Source: Vitrella brassicaformis CCMP3155 (taxonomy: Eukaryota; Protista; Chromerida). From it: DNA of 64,000 bases. Position 1 is the stretch's first letter; each line of letters begins with the position of its first letter. The translations under genes were made by a program, and so were the position numbers. Below are positions 1 through 12,900 of the stretch, one piece after another. The stretch is from NCBI GenBank assembly GCA_001179505.1, contig CDMY01000497.1, forward strand, positions 1 to 64,000. Reading direction: 5' to 3'. Below the pieces are notes generated by a model. The model worked only from the letters and a program-made list of their open reading frames with translations, had not been told where the DNA came from and searched no databases.

Positions 1-641
1 ACAGAGAGGACAGATGGCACTGTGGTGCTGCGGCCAAGCCAGACCAGAAGGAAGGTCAAGAGAGAGACAGAGAATGCCGTCAAGAGAGAGGAGGAGGAGG
101 AGGAGGATGTTGTTGTCGTCAAACAAGAGGAGGAGGAATAAGTACACACACGCACACACAGACTCACACAGAGGGGCAGAGAGAGAGGCCGTGTCCAGTT
201 CTGGCCATTCTTTCTCTTGCGTGTACGCCTTTTTCGTGCGCTGACACGCATACACTACAAAGCCAGGCAGGCGACTCTACACATCCACCGCTTCATGTGA
301 AGGAGAGTGTCCGTGTGGCTGTCTGCCATCGATTGCATGTTACCTGTACATGTTCGTGTGCATGGCCATGGGTGAGACCCCCCTGTTTGCATGAATGCAT
401 GTACGCATCCTTGGTGGGATGAATGGCCTTTCTCCCGCCGCCGCTGCCGCACTCATGCATATAAGTATCTGGGTGTGTCTTGTGCGCCTTCAATGAATGG
501 GAAAAAGCGTCACGTCGATCAACCAACAAACATGCACACCCATACGTATGTATGTATGAGTGTATGTATACGTACACATCGATCGATCTCCACATATATA
601 CACATGCACTCACATATATATGCGCATTGCATTGATCGGCC

Positions 642-706
642 CAAATCAAATCAAATCAAATCAAATCAAATCAAATCAAATCAAATCAAATCAAATCAAA
701 TCAAAT
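642..706 (+). repeat. (AAATC)n pentanucleotide microsatellite just upstream of the first gene
   Basis: Perfect tandem caaatcaaatc... run read directly from the sequence. Confidence 0.95.
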
Positions 707-735
707 CACACACACAATCACCCGGTCGCCGCACC

Positions 736-3487
736 ATGTTTCGCCTTCTGTCTGCCGTTGCCCTGCTCGTGCTGCTGTGTGCCACACATCCACACGCAGA
801 CAGAGACAGCATAGGTGAGGTGGCCCAAAGATGACAGACAAAGAGCTGACAGACAAAGAGCACGCCAGCGGCCGGCAAAGAGGGGCAAATCAATTGATTC
901 AAATTGCCTCTGCCTGCAATGCCGTTGCCTTGTTCTTTCTCCATGCCTTGTAGTGGGCCAGCTTTGAGCAGATTCTGCCGCTCAGGCAGCTCACACCTCT
1001 TAACCTCATTCTCTGCTGGTGGTGAGCACTTGAGCCAGTTTCTCATCGATTCAATCCTGCCGCGATCCATCTGCGAGCTAAGCTCGGGAGGGAAGGAGAT
1101 GTCCGCGAATTTGGTGGCAAAGATGGCGTCAGCCATCTGTTGGCGTCACCCTTGTGAGATTCTCGTGCAGTACTGCTCGCAAGAGCCCATTCTCCTGCAA
1201 GCATTTGCCGAGTCGCACATCCGAGCGGTCTATGCGGTGCTCCAGGAGGCGTACCCGCAACTACCGCCCCGTACGCACAATAACAACACCCATCCCTCCG
1301 CTGGAGGTGGCCCTGATGTGCTGCTTGCCTTCCGCTTGTGTGTCGGTGTGTATCTGCAGAGTCTGATGCAACGGTCCTACAGATGGCGCAGTCCATCAGC
1401 CAGTACTTCCGCTCTCAGCCACTGATGGCCGGCTCCCACCTGCCACAGCCCTCCCCATCGCCACCTGCCCCTCTCCCGCAACACCCACGCCCCTCGCAGT
1501 CGCCAGAGGGCCATCACGGCAGGCCAATGCCGTCCGGCCACCACCCACCAGACATGACATCCGAGCAGCAGGACCTGGATCGTCTGAGCGACGAGTACTA
1601 TCGTCAGCTGCTGGCCGGTGGCGAGTTCCCGAGGCGGCAGCAGCCCTTCGAAGAGCCGGTGCAGCACATGCAGATCTTCAAGGTCACCCTGCCGCGGCCT
1701 GAGGAAGTGCCCCAGGCCGCCCAGCACTTTCGTGTGTGTACGGTCCGCTGGTGGGTGGACGGGGCGCTGCTGAGCTATGTGAAGGGGAGCGGCCAGCAGA
1801 ACAATCGTCCCTTTGACTTTTGTGTGCGGCTGGTGAACCAGCACGGCATCGACATCCGATGGCTACAGAGCAAGTGGTACCTCCAGCCGAGCGGCAAAGA
1901 GGGCGAAATGGCCAGTAAGCGAACGAATGAATGCGTGTGGGAAGACAGAGGGACCGAAGGAAACGGAATAGCACATTGACTGACACCGCCGGCAGGGTGA
2001 CTGTGTCTGTCTGTCTGTCTGTCTGTTTGCATGGCCCATGTGCGTGCAGGTGGTGCCTTCCGGGACCGTGCACGTTGGTGCAAGGATGAGCACAGGCAGC
2101 TGTGCTCCTATGGCGAGTCGATACCCATCACCGACTGCCTGCACGGCGACGGTATGTCACTCCGTCTGTCAGAGTCACCCACTTGGTCTGTGTAAGCGAC
2201 ACGCCTTCAAATTGCCTGTTGTTAAGTGCAGCGTTGAACGAGTTCACTCTCGTTGCGTCCAAGCAGTGCCTGGCATTCAAGACCACCTACCTGCCACAAG
2301 AGACCGGCAAGGTCACACGGAAACCACACCTGCCGTCCGCATGTATTCTTCTTCTCTGTCTGGCTGTCTGTCTGTCTGTTTCCGTGGGCGTGGTGTGTGC
2401 AGGTCGACGATTCCCGTGAGGCGTTCCTGGTGCTGCAGCTGGTGAGGTATCGGCATCTGCGGGAGCTCGAGGAGGTGCTGAGCTCGCGCATCGAGCGCAG
2501 GCCCTTCGGCAACCGCAATGGTGTGGAGGAGGCCGACGGGGCGGGGCGTGTGGTGGTGTCACTCAAGGACGTCTTCTCGAGGACGGACCGAATCAAGATA
2601 CCCGCAAAGGCGAGCCAACCATACAGTGGATGGATGGATGGCTGGCTGGCTGTGTATTCCATGCGTCGCGTGTGTGCATTGCAGGGGCGGCGTTGTCGTC
2701 ACGAGCAGTGCTATGAGCTGTCGTGTTTCCTCTATCCCAGGGTAAGGCGTGAATGACAGACAGACGTGGGCCGGCACTCTGATATGTCTGTCTTACTGCC
2801 TGGTCGGTCCCACACAGCGGCGGGCGTACATATGGCACTGTCCCATCTGCAAATCCCCACTCCCCTTCTCAGACCGTGAGTGAGCCGGATGGGCTAACGC
2901 CAGCCACTGCTGGTTGCTCCATGGGTAGGTACCTTTGGGATTGTGTGTGTCTGTGCTGATGGACAAATGAATGCAGTTATGGTCGACGAGGCGATGCATG
3001 ACGTCCTCCTGCAGACCAGCCAAGACACAGAGGAGGTACATACCAGCCACAAACATGACCGTCCCCTCGATGTCTGCCCCCTCTCTGTCTGTCGTGTGTC
3101 CAGATATGCGTCAATCCCGATGGCAGCTGGGAGGCCGTCAGAGCTCAGCCCACCACCAGTGGACGCCCCCAGTCCGTCAGCGGCGACGGGGGCACGCCAA
3201 CCGCGGACCAACAGACGGTATCAGCTGCTGATGACATCAATACCGACGCGGGGCGGCCTCACAAGAGACAGCGGGCTGACCGCCATATGACCATCGCTGT
3301 GCCGGACGGACCCACCGACGACGCTCTATTCGGTAGGCGGCGGGCGGGCGGGCAAGCCACCCAAACATGGCCAAACACGCAGTGGCAATTTTCTATATGT
3401 GGTGCGTTTGTGTCGGTGTCTGCTGGCAGCTCCCCCGCCCCCTCGCACCGTTGTCAAGATGGAAGACACCGGAGACTGACTGACTGA
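736..3487 (+). CDS. SP-RING (MIZ zinc finger) protein, PIAS/SIZ1-like SUMO E3 ligase; multi-exon
   Basis: Spliced exons give VVVSLKDVFSRTDRIKIPAK..GRRCRHEQCYELSCFL..WHCPICKSPLPFSD..VMVDEAMHDVL..ICVNPDGSW. This matches the SP-RING pattern (RI.IP.RG..C.H.QC.D/E..FL...W.CPIC) and the downstream 'PDGSW' of PIAS/SIZ proteins. Exon phases 736-814, 986-1270 and 1360- are mutually compatible. Confidence 0.85.
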
Positions 3488-4373
3488 CTGAAGCAAGCGA
3501 CGAGCGAGGACCAGACAGACAGACAGACAGAGAGAGGCGGCCAAAGGGCGTCTCGTCTTGAGGGCTGGATGAGTATTTGTCTGCCCGTAGACAGACGAAT
3601 CAATAAGGGAGGGCGGCATCTGTCAGACCCCGGCTCACTTTTGTGTGGGTCTGTCTGTCTGTCCGTACGTGAGTCGATCGAGTGCACATAGCCTTAATTA
3701 ATTGTCGTATGTATCTACACCCAGCTGTACGTACGTCTGTCAATCTGTGTGTGACTAAACTGTGTAAGCACACCTCTGGCCGTTGTGCTTTTTTTTTCCA
3801 GAGGCAAGGAATTGGATGTCTCACATTGAATTGGGATGGAATTAGGAGGCGTGTCTGTGAGACATCCATCCATCCATCCATTCATCCATCCATCCATGTG
3901 TCTGTCTGAGCTGCACTCATGCCTACCCTTTGGCCGCCTCCTGGAGCAGCTTGTCATGCCACTGCCTCTGAATGGATGGATGGTCGTGTGAGAACGAACT
4001 TATCAACTGACTACCACACACTCACACACAAGCCTTCATAAACCCTTCCCTCCCTCTCTGCGCGTGGACCCCGGTGGACATGAGCCTGTGTGTAAGTGTG
4101 TCTGTCTGTCTGCCACGCACTCCTGTACGTACACCAACCGCATTCACGAAATTCGCAAACCCTGCAGAGCATAATTAGGGCTTAGGGTGCGGGGTTCCAA
4201 ACCCTGCGAGCTTAGAAGTGCTTGGGGGAAAGGACAGACCGCACAAACACAACGGAGCGCGGCAGATCAGATCTCCGGAGAGAGGCTCACAGGAAGGCCA
4301 TACACGCAGTCAGGAGCAGCCAGAAGATCAAAAAGGCTGACATCTCTCTCTCTGTCTGTGTGCGCAGGTCGAG

Positions 4374-5181
4374 ATGGGCGTGTTAGATGCGGCAAGACCC
4401 CGAGGCGTGGCACAGCAAATGACAAGTGAGAGCCCATCAACAGTAGACACGCCAGCCAGGTGGGGCAGGCAGGCAGGCAGACAGGCAGGCAGCCCTCGCT
4501 GCAGCCGGCTGTTCCTCTCCGTGCGCATGTATGTTCTCAATCAGCTCGCCGACACCCTGTCGGTCTCGGGAGCAGTCGGTGTCGCCCGAGCCGCCGCCCA
4601 GCTGCGGAAGATGCTCCAGGCCCTCAAGGTCGACACAAAACAGTAACTGAACCATGCTGTGGCGGCTCCGTTGCCCACTGGATGGGACTGTCACTCACTT
4701 TTGGGTCTTTTGGGTCAGGTTGGAGCTGGGCATTGCGGCGTTGCGGACCAATTGCGACAAGACGACAGCATCCCTGCGGCCTCTCGAGCCAGTGGCACGA
4801 CAAGCTGCTCCAGGAGGCGGCCAAAGGGTACGCACCAATACAACTGACAGACAGACAGACAGACAGACAGATGGATGGATGGATGGATGGGCGTATGATC
4901 ATTGGCCTCCCAGGTTGACAAGGGAGCGTTTGGGTGCCGTCAACGACCCCAAGGCCGTCCATGAGTTCAAGCGGCAGATCAAGGAGAGGCAACAGCAGCT
5001 GCTGGCCCTCTTTGCCGTGGCCAGCATGCTGCATGCCTTGGTCGCCATCAAGTGGGGGTCCCTCCGGTACTTCGACAAGCCCCCGACGATCGTGTGTTTC
5101 CCCTGCAAGCATCCGAGTCTCTGTGCGGCGTGCTACGGAGGGCTTCTGCGCTGTCATGAGGCGGCCAAGAGAGAGAAGTAG
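4374..5181 (+). CDS. Hypothetical helical protein ending in a degenerate C3HC4-type RING remnant; multi-exon
   Basis: Last exon ends ...GSLRYFDKPPTIVCFPCKHPSLCAACYGGLLRCHEAAKREK*, which resembles the core of IAP/XBAT-type RINGs (P..V..PC.H..LC..C). Exons are bounded by GT-AG introns with CAGA/GGAT repeats. Confidence 0.55.
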
Positions 5182-6316
5182 CGGCTCGAGAGAGCCCACA
5201 GGCGGCTGCCGGACGACGTGCGGCGTGATGCCGTCCTCAGGTACCCCTACTGCAGGGCGACAGCTGAGTCTCCACATAACGACTTAGATACAGCTGGGGG
5301 GGGGATGGCGGGAGTTGTACAGTCCTGGTTGTAAGAAAGGTCGACTGCCTGTCTGTTCTGACCGTTCTTGCTGCTTGCATAACTGCGTCAGCTGCGCAGG
5401 GTAGCGGCCATTAGCCTCCATTCTGGTGTACAGTGTGTTCTGATTGGTGCCGACTGCGGCGTGTGTGTGTGTGTGTGATGGACTGACTTGATCAAGAGAA
5501 TCGACTGCAGGATGCCGAGCGCCCACTTTGACCAACTCGGTCTGTCAGCCACCCATGCAGCCAGCCAACATCCAAACGCAGCCAGCCGTTCATTCCATCT
5601 CGTGCACCCCTGTCAGTCTGCTCGATCCGGGCATATGATGTCACCCGACATGGCAAAGGCAGATAGGGATGTTGTCGTGCGTCAGCCTCTGCCACATTAG
5701 CAGCACTAGAGTTCAACACGTCAGTCTACACCGTCACGCTGTTCAACTCACTCAGACATGCAGGCCGCCTCAATGGTCCTTGCCCTCTCCCTCACCGTCA
5801 CTCAACCACCGGCCCACCGACACACGAGTGTCTCGACGGATGGGCGTATTGCTACCGCCGGTGGCTCGGTCGGTCGAGAGAGGGTGGGGGTGAAGGTACG
5901 GTAGGACAGCTGGATGAGCCATCGAGACATCGAGAGAGAGGCAAACGCGGCATGAAGAATGCCGAAGAGAGCCAACAAAAGTGCCCATTCCCTGGCCTGA
6001 CGCGCTCATTCACACGCCAGCATCAATCAGCCCCCATCCGTCAAGTCTGCACAGCTACCTGGTCACTCGTCCACAGACACACACACATACTACGTCACAC
6101 ACACACATCGCAGCTATGCTATGCACCACATAAGTGTCGTCAGCTAAGAATGGCCCCGCTGCCCCTCCGCTGTGAATGATCCACCACACACAAGAGCCGG
6201 CCTGACAGACACCACCACCAACACACACGCACACACAGAGAGAAAAAGAGCAGACACGAACGTGGTCATATCTGATCACGGAGGTCTTCGCGTGAATGAG
6301 TGCCATTTCCCCACCT

Positions 6317-8381
6317 TCAGGCGTTGCGAACTGCAGTCACGACGACGAAGTCTGGCCTACGGTGCTCGTGTCTGATTGTGAAGCCCTCGATGACATTGTT
6401 GGCGCCGTCAGGGAGGGAGGCTTCGATGGAAGCAATGCCATGCTGCTCAGCTGTCGCGTCGTCGACCTCCAGCCGCACAGACCGCAGGCCCCTGATGCAC
6501 GAAATCATCGACGAGAGGCTGGTGCGGACGAAGCTGCCGGCATCCTGCACACCATCGGGCACTGAAGGGGAGGGAACACACAGACAAGGCAACAATGAGG
6601 ACGCACCGACACACTTCTCTCAGCGTACGGGTCAGCTCGAAGCTTAGTTCCCTGATCGTCGGCAACTCGTTGGCCGCCCCCACCAGCTGGTCGACACCGA
6701 TGCCCCACACCGACACCGTACCCACCTCTCTCTCCCTCCCCAGCCCCGTCAACACGCCCACCTTCTCCTCGGCACCCGACATCCTCGGATCAAAGCCCAC
6801 CCTCGTCAGCTCCTTGGGCATCTTGTCGGCCAGCAGCCGCCCCGCAGCACCGCCTAGTCCCAAGTCGCTCCAGACACCCAGCACTGTGGCCTGGGTTGAG
6901 AAGGGCTGTAGGAAGGTGATGATGGCGGGGTGGGGCGATGGGGTGTTGCCCGGGGGGACGAAATCAGGGGCATCCTGGACGACCACCATGGTGGCCTTGT
7001 CGAATGAGAGGCTGGAGGCGACGTCGATGGCTGACGGGCTGGGGCTGTCGAGGTTGTCGGTGAGGTCCTGCTGAGAGAGGATGTACTTGACCTTTGTGGC
7101 CCTCTCTGCCAGCTGCTGGATCATGGTCTTGAATGAGGGCGAGGGGTGGTCGGGGAACTCGCCGTGGTAGAAGATGTCCAAGCCGAAATAGAAGGGGCCG
7201 GCGGGGGTGAGTGTCAGTGGGGCGTCCTGTCGGCAGCATGTGGTGACCAGTCGGTTCACGGCCTGCAGGACGGGAATGCTGGGGCGGTCGATGTAGAAGT
7301 GCTCTTCAAAGACCACGTGCAGCTGCTTGAGTGACCGTCGGCAGCCGCGGGCGATGAGGACTTCCTGAAGGCGACAACACACACACATACGGGAAGGACA
7401 TCATGGACCAACCAACCCACAGACGCTGCCTTCCTGTCCTTTGTGTTCACCTGAAGCCGATCTATGCCCGCTCGATGGTCACCGTCATCGATATTGATAG
7501 TGCCGATGCCCTCTAGCTGGGCGAGTGGCCCCTGCTGCCCAACAGGTGCCGCAGGGATGCGCTCGAACACATCCGCCCACTCCTCACCCTTAAAGCTGCC
7601 GTCAACGCACCGCAGGGAGCGGGACGAGCTGATGAGTCGGCCCAATCTGTCAGCGTCCCAACCCTCCTGCCCCACGACGGCGAATGAGGGCACCAGCCAA
7701 TGTCGGTCGGCCACCACCTCATGTTGGTGGGTCAGGCCGGCAATGGTGGTGAGTGCGTCGAGGGTCGGGAGCGGGTCGAGAGGAGCGGGGAGGAGAGGGT
7801 CTGTCCTTGCGCGTCTCGCCGTGCCGGTCCGCTGAAGGCCTTCGATGGCGATGGTCTCCAGCGTCTCGCCGCCCAGGTTGGCTTCACGTCGGCCGGCAAT
7901 GTGGCCCTCGATGATGGCCACAAAGACGTCGAAACACCAGCTGGGAAAGCCGAGTGGGTAGCAGAGGACCACACACGTCAGCTGCCTGAGGTATGTCGCC
8001 CATTCCTTGACGAGGTCGATGGTGGTCCTCTGCCAGAACGACCGCTCGTCTTCGTCTGCTGCGCTGACGGTGAGGTGGTGCTGTTTGCGGGCGGTGAGCT
8101 GCCACGTCAGGGGCGGCAACTGCAGCTGCATGAGCAGATGGATGGGGAGGAAGGCGATGACGATGCTAAGGAGACCGGGCTGCACACAGCCACACAGCCC
8201 ACGGGACGGCAAGAGATGTGAATATCCACCAGAGTACGGATGGCCTCAGTGCGAGTGGCTGGCTCACAGGTGCATTCCCCCAGAAGCTTCTTTCCCTCTC
8301 AGCTCGACGCTGCCGCTCCTCATCGCTCTCACCACCTGCACCACCACCACCAGGCTGAGCATCAGAGGAAGAGGCTGCCAT
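6317..8381 (-). CDS. Lineage-specific expanded-family protein (F-box-like N-terminus, LRR-like body); multi-exon
   Basis: Long exon ORFs 7256-8212, 6447-7388 and 6317-6595 have coding-like composition. First exon is MAASSSDAQPGGGG... (ATG 8381). Motifs such as 'LLSIVIAFLPIHLLMQL', 'WCFDVFVAIIEGH' and 'LQEVLIARGCRRSLKQL' resemble genes A/A' in this window. Confidence 0.75.
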
Positions 8382-8910
8382 AGTGTGATGGGTGAAGCAA
8401 CCTGCAACCAGCAACACATACACACATACATTCATACGAACGAATCCATCATCAGCCAACACATTGAATGAGTGACGCCACCTCACCGGCAGCTGATGCG
8501 CCCTCTGTGTCGTTCTGGTCGGCCTCGGTTAGCTACGCTCTCCGCCAGTCAGCCCACCACGTGTGGTCTGGGCGTGTCTATTGGCCTTCCTCCAAGAAAG
8601 GCAATGCGAGCTCAAATGCAGAGTTCAATTCGCCGCTCATTTCTCTGTTTTTGCCTGCCTGTTTCACTGAAGGTGTGTGTGGTCTCACTGAGGAGGCAGG
8701 GGGGGAAAAAAGAGAAAAAAGAATTTGCCACAGCGGAGAAAAATGGGAATTCGATCCTCACTCGATCCCGAGAAGGGGGAGAGATTTGGCAGCCCCGAGT
8801 GCTTCAGAGGCCTCAGCGATGAGTCTGGGTGACGTCTGTGCTGCCCAAAATCGTCTTCCGGCTCTTCTCCTTTTGCGAGCTTTTCGGCGATGTTCAAGGC
8901 TGCTCCCCAA

Positions 8911-9009
8911 GAAATCGTTTGCGGTCCAAGGGAAGACGGCCTGCCTGAGATGGAATCGCCACACTCATTGCTTGTCCAGATCCAACAATCGGAGATGACG
9001 TCGACGTCG
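8911..9009. repeat. 99-bp dispersed repeat, copy 1 (copy 2 at 23359-23457)
   Basis: Direct alignment gives 96/99 identity, same orientation. Confidence 0.9.
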
Positions 9010-9392
9010 CCTCTTGTGCGTTGCCGTCCTTCTGACATCGCCGACTCTTCTGTCCGCAGACAAAACCGACATGTACGTGGCTGGTCGGGGAACCTAATCG
9101 TCCTCGCACTCATCAATTTCTGCTTTTCCATCGCCAGCACCCGGGGCGATTCGCCGTGGTACTAGCCAGGTGAGCGCGTGGCGCGGGAGGGCAGAGAAAA
9201 CACACGAGCACAGAAGAGAAAATTCAGCCGACAGGTTCGCCCATCTGGCCTGTGAATATACTCACCTACACATGTGCTTTCACCTTGCTGTCGACCGCTC
9301 TGATTCGGTTCTGTGTTTTGGGATGGTTGCAGGCTTGTTGAGCCGTTCATGCGGACCAGACCGTTGATAGCGGCATATGAATCGCCGGCGCC

Positions 9393-9737
9393 GTGGATGT
9401 AGCTCAGGTGGGTGGCGGTCTGACGAACAAGAGAAGCCAGCAGCTGTCGTTCAAATGGCGGGTGTGTCATGTTGTGTGTTGTGTTGTGTGTTGTGTGTTT
9501 TGTGTTGTGTGTTGTGTTCAGTTGAAGGAGGAGGCGGCGCGTGTGGAGCAGGGTCTGGACCAGCTGCGGCAGCTCCACTCGAGGGTAAGATGTGATTGAT
9601 GCCCCTGACAGACCCAACGCCACACTCTCTCTCGCTGTGTTGATGGTTCTTTCCCTTGATCTCTCGGCGGCTACATCAGGTTGGTGCTCGTCTATCGGAG
9701 ATCAATCAGCTGGACCCTGCCAATCACCCTGTCGAGG
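9393..9737 (+). CDS. Possible small coiled-coil exons (LKEEAARVEQGLDQLRQLHSR / VGARLSEINQLDPANHPVE); gene assignment unclear
   Basis: Short open stretches flanked by AG/GT sites and TG-repeat introns; no recognisable domain. Confidence 0.25.
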
Positions 9738-9905
9738 TACACGCACAGTCCGCACTAGGCAGCAGGTCACGGCACATGGTTTGGTGCGCTTCGGTGGTCA
9801 TCCAGGGCATCGTCCAATGAGTCGCTGCTGATGCCTGGAGTCTTATGTCAACGCCGCCGTTTCCATTGTCAATTCTTTGCTGCAGCCCAACACGTTGCTA
9901 TTGGA

Positions 9906-12900
9906 ATGAGCAGCAGTTCACCCGTCGCTGACAGGATGCTGACCCGCGCGAAGGTGAGGAGACGGGGAAACGACCCCACGGGTGGTTGGGGCGCTGTCTC
10001 GTCCTTTGTCACCATATGAAGAGCACATCCACGGGACCATTTCATGCCTGCCTGTAGCCATATCGAGGCTGCCTGCATGACCTCATTGTCGCTTTATTCT
10101 CTGTGTGTGTGTGCCGATTATTGGTGCAGGCCGCCGCCAAGGAAATGGAGAGAGGCCCAGGAGGCCTCACTTGCTGCAGCGGCCGCATCCACCGGGGCCA
10201 TCCGCCTCGATGACCTCCACCCCTTCGGCAGTGGCAAAGACGACGAACGCCTCAACAAGGCCGCTCCGAGGCGACACAAAAAGAAGACCTCCGCCCTCAA
10301 GAAAGACCAAAGGGATGGGAAGACGGAGGCTGACCACCACAGAAGACCTCCGCCCTCAAGGAGGGGCCGGGCGAGGGGCAAGGGGAGTCGACAGATGGGG
10401 GATGTTCAGATGGCCGATGGGGAGGGCAAGGATGTCGAGATGATGGCTGAGGAAGAGAACGGCATGCTGTCAACGAAGGCCAAGATGCCTACCCGCCAAG
10501 CCGCCGTCCAGCCGCGTCGGCCTGCCAAGGCCGAGGTGGAGGAGGCTGACATCCACGAGGCCGCCCTCATCTACCGTGACGAGGACGAGGAGCCCCTTCA
10601 CAAGAGAAAGAAGAACAAAAAGTCCGTCGCCCGCGCCGCCAGCCGTGATGCGTACGGAGACGTGGACATGGACGTCGGGAAGGGGATGGCCACGACGCAC
10701 AGCCCGGGCGAGCGCAGACGCACTGAGGTGGCCGCCAAGGTACGTCCACCCAGCCCCCTTCCCACCCACACGCAACACACCTACCTGTGTGTATGTCTGC
10801 AGGTGCCTTGGTTTCTGGAGATGAGTGACGACGAGACGGCAGCGGCACTGCAGCTGGTGGACGAGGGACACGAGAAGGGCGAGAGCCTCACAGTGGCCAA
10901 AGTCAGCGGAGCTCTTGTTCTCGGGTACGCCACGCCACGTGTGTGGTGCCAGCAGTCATGTGAGAAATGTGACATACATGGCTGGATGGGATATCACATC
11001 TCGTGTCGTGTCTGCCTATAGATGCGACATAGTGTGTTTGGAGGATCTCGCGTGGCTCAATGACGAGATCGTCGACATCGTATTCGCCCTCGCCGAGATG
11101 TGGCTCAGGGCACAGGCCGCCGAAGGCAAAGGGTACGCTCCCCCCACCCCCACCCCCACCCCCACCCCCACCTACGCACACACAACACATTACACCCTTC
11201 ATCCACGCGCTGCTTTGCTGTGTGTGTGTGTGTGTTGCCTCCATCCATGCCATGGATGGCTTGGCTTGGCCAGTGTTCCGAAGGTGTGGATCCCGAACTC
11301 GTTCTTCTGGCAGTTTCTGTCCAACCCCAGAGCGACAGGCTTCAACTACGACTACCAGAAGGTCCGCCGCTCGTCGACCAAAAGAAGGTATGTGGGTGTG
11401 CTTGCTGAACGTGTGTACGTGTATCTGGGTGTTTCTGTACAAGTGTGGTCAGGCCGTCACCCTTGTCTGTACGTACCGGACACACATGCTGAAGTCGCAA
11501 CCTAATTATTACATGCTCGCCTTAAGCCTGACCACATACCGTAGACAGACCTAAGGCCGCACATTCCATGCTCCCTCCCCTCCACACACGCACCATGCAC
11601 TCCACTCCCCACTCTGACTGACAGACAGACGGCCAGACGGACAGGCGGACACACAGACACACCGCCACACATACTCATCCGCCAGGCACCAACCACCACC
11701 GCACCACCTGATTGATCAACACGCAGCATGCATATTCTCTGTTGGGTGTGTGGATGTGTTGTTGACACGAATGCAATCGATGTCAGGTCAATGTGTTTGA
11801 GTTGGACTACCTGCTGGTGCCCATCAACGAGGGCTACGCCACCACGGGGGCCGGCTACCAGGGCACTCACTGGGCACTCGGCGTGGTCGACGTCAAGTAC
11901 TTACCTCACATACACACAGCACACACGAATGCCATCCACTCTGTAGGGCCAAGCGCATCCGTGTGCTGGACTCGCTGGGTGGCGGGGGCACCAACTGGCG
12001 CAAAAAGGAAAACTCCAAGTGAGAAAACGAAAGACGGAGGGAGGGAGGAAGGGAGGGAGGGAGGGAGAGGCATGACAGACGAACATACAGGTCGCACACC
12101 CATGTGTGTGTCTCCATGTGTGTGTCTATGTGTGTGCGCGTAGACCAACTTGCCGCAGCAGACCAATGGGTATGACTGCGGCGTCTTCGTGTTGCTCTAC
12201 GGAATCTCAATCATCTGCAACTCGTAGGACTCACAGACTGATACCCACCCAGTCACCCACACGCTAATCGACCCACGGCTAATCGACCCACGGCGTGTTG
12301 TCTGTCCGTTGGTTGATGTGTGTAGGAGTTTCAGCGACATCGACGCTCACCGGTGCGCCGCCTACGCGCCCCGCCTGACGGGCGACCACACCACCGACCA
12401 GAACAACCTCATCTCTATCGTACGGCAGAAACTGGTGCGTGCGGACGGACGCACCCACGGCATGTCACGACAGACACAGTCTTCATGTCTCTGTTTATGT
12501 GTGTGTGCAGATAGTGAGCATCAGGGACCAGTCTCTGCCACTCGAGTGGGGCAGCCAACGGGGACAGCCGCAGGGGCAGAGTGCCAGTGCGCAGCCGATG
12601 GACACTGCGGCGAAGGCCACCAGGTCCGACAGAGGCACGCAGACACACACACACACACATCCATCCATCCATGCAATGGTGTCAACTTATTGTGGTGTGT
12701 CTCCCCCCCTCCACTTGCGTGCAGCCCGGAACCGTCACCCGGCCTCCGGTCCCGGACAGCGTGCTACTCGTGCCTCCCAGGATGATCGGCATCGTCTGTC
12801 TTCACCTCCCAATCCACAGTAGCAGCCGGACTTCTTCGCACTCCACACCACCAGCGGCCCCAGTGGACACGACATGGGGCTGCGGCAGAACTGCAAGAAG

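Noticed and set aside
10282-10360. 20-bp direct repeat (agaagacctccgccctcaag) 59 bp apart in the Ulp1 N-terminus, read in two frames
   Set aside because: The ORF stays open through it and a cryptic-intron reading leads to a stop. It is probably a small slippage duplication in low-complexity coding sequence.
12820-12822. In-frame TAG between two Ulp1 C-terminal ORFs as possible readthrough
   Set aside because: It is preceded by a pyrimidine-rich stretch and is itself a usable AG acceptor, so an intron is the simpler explanation.
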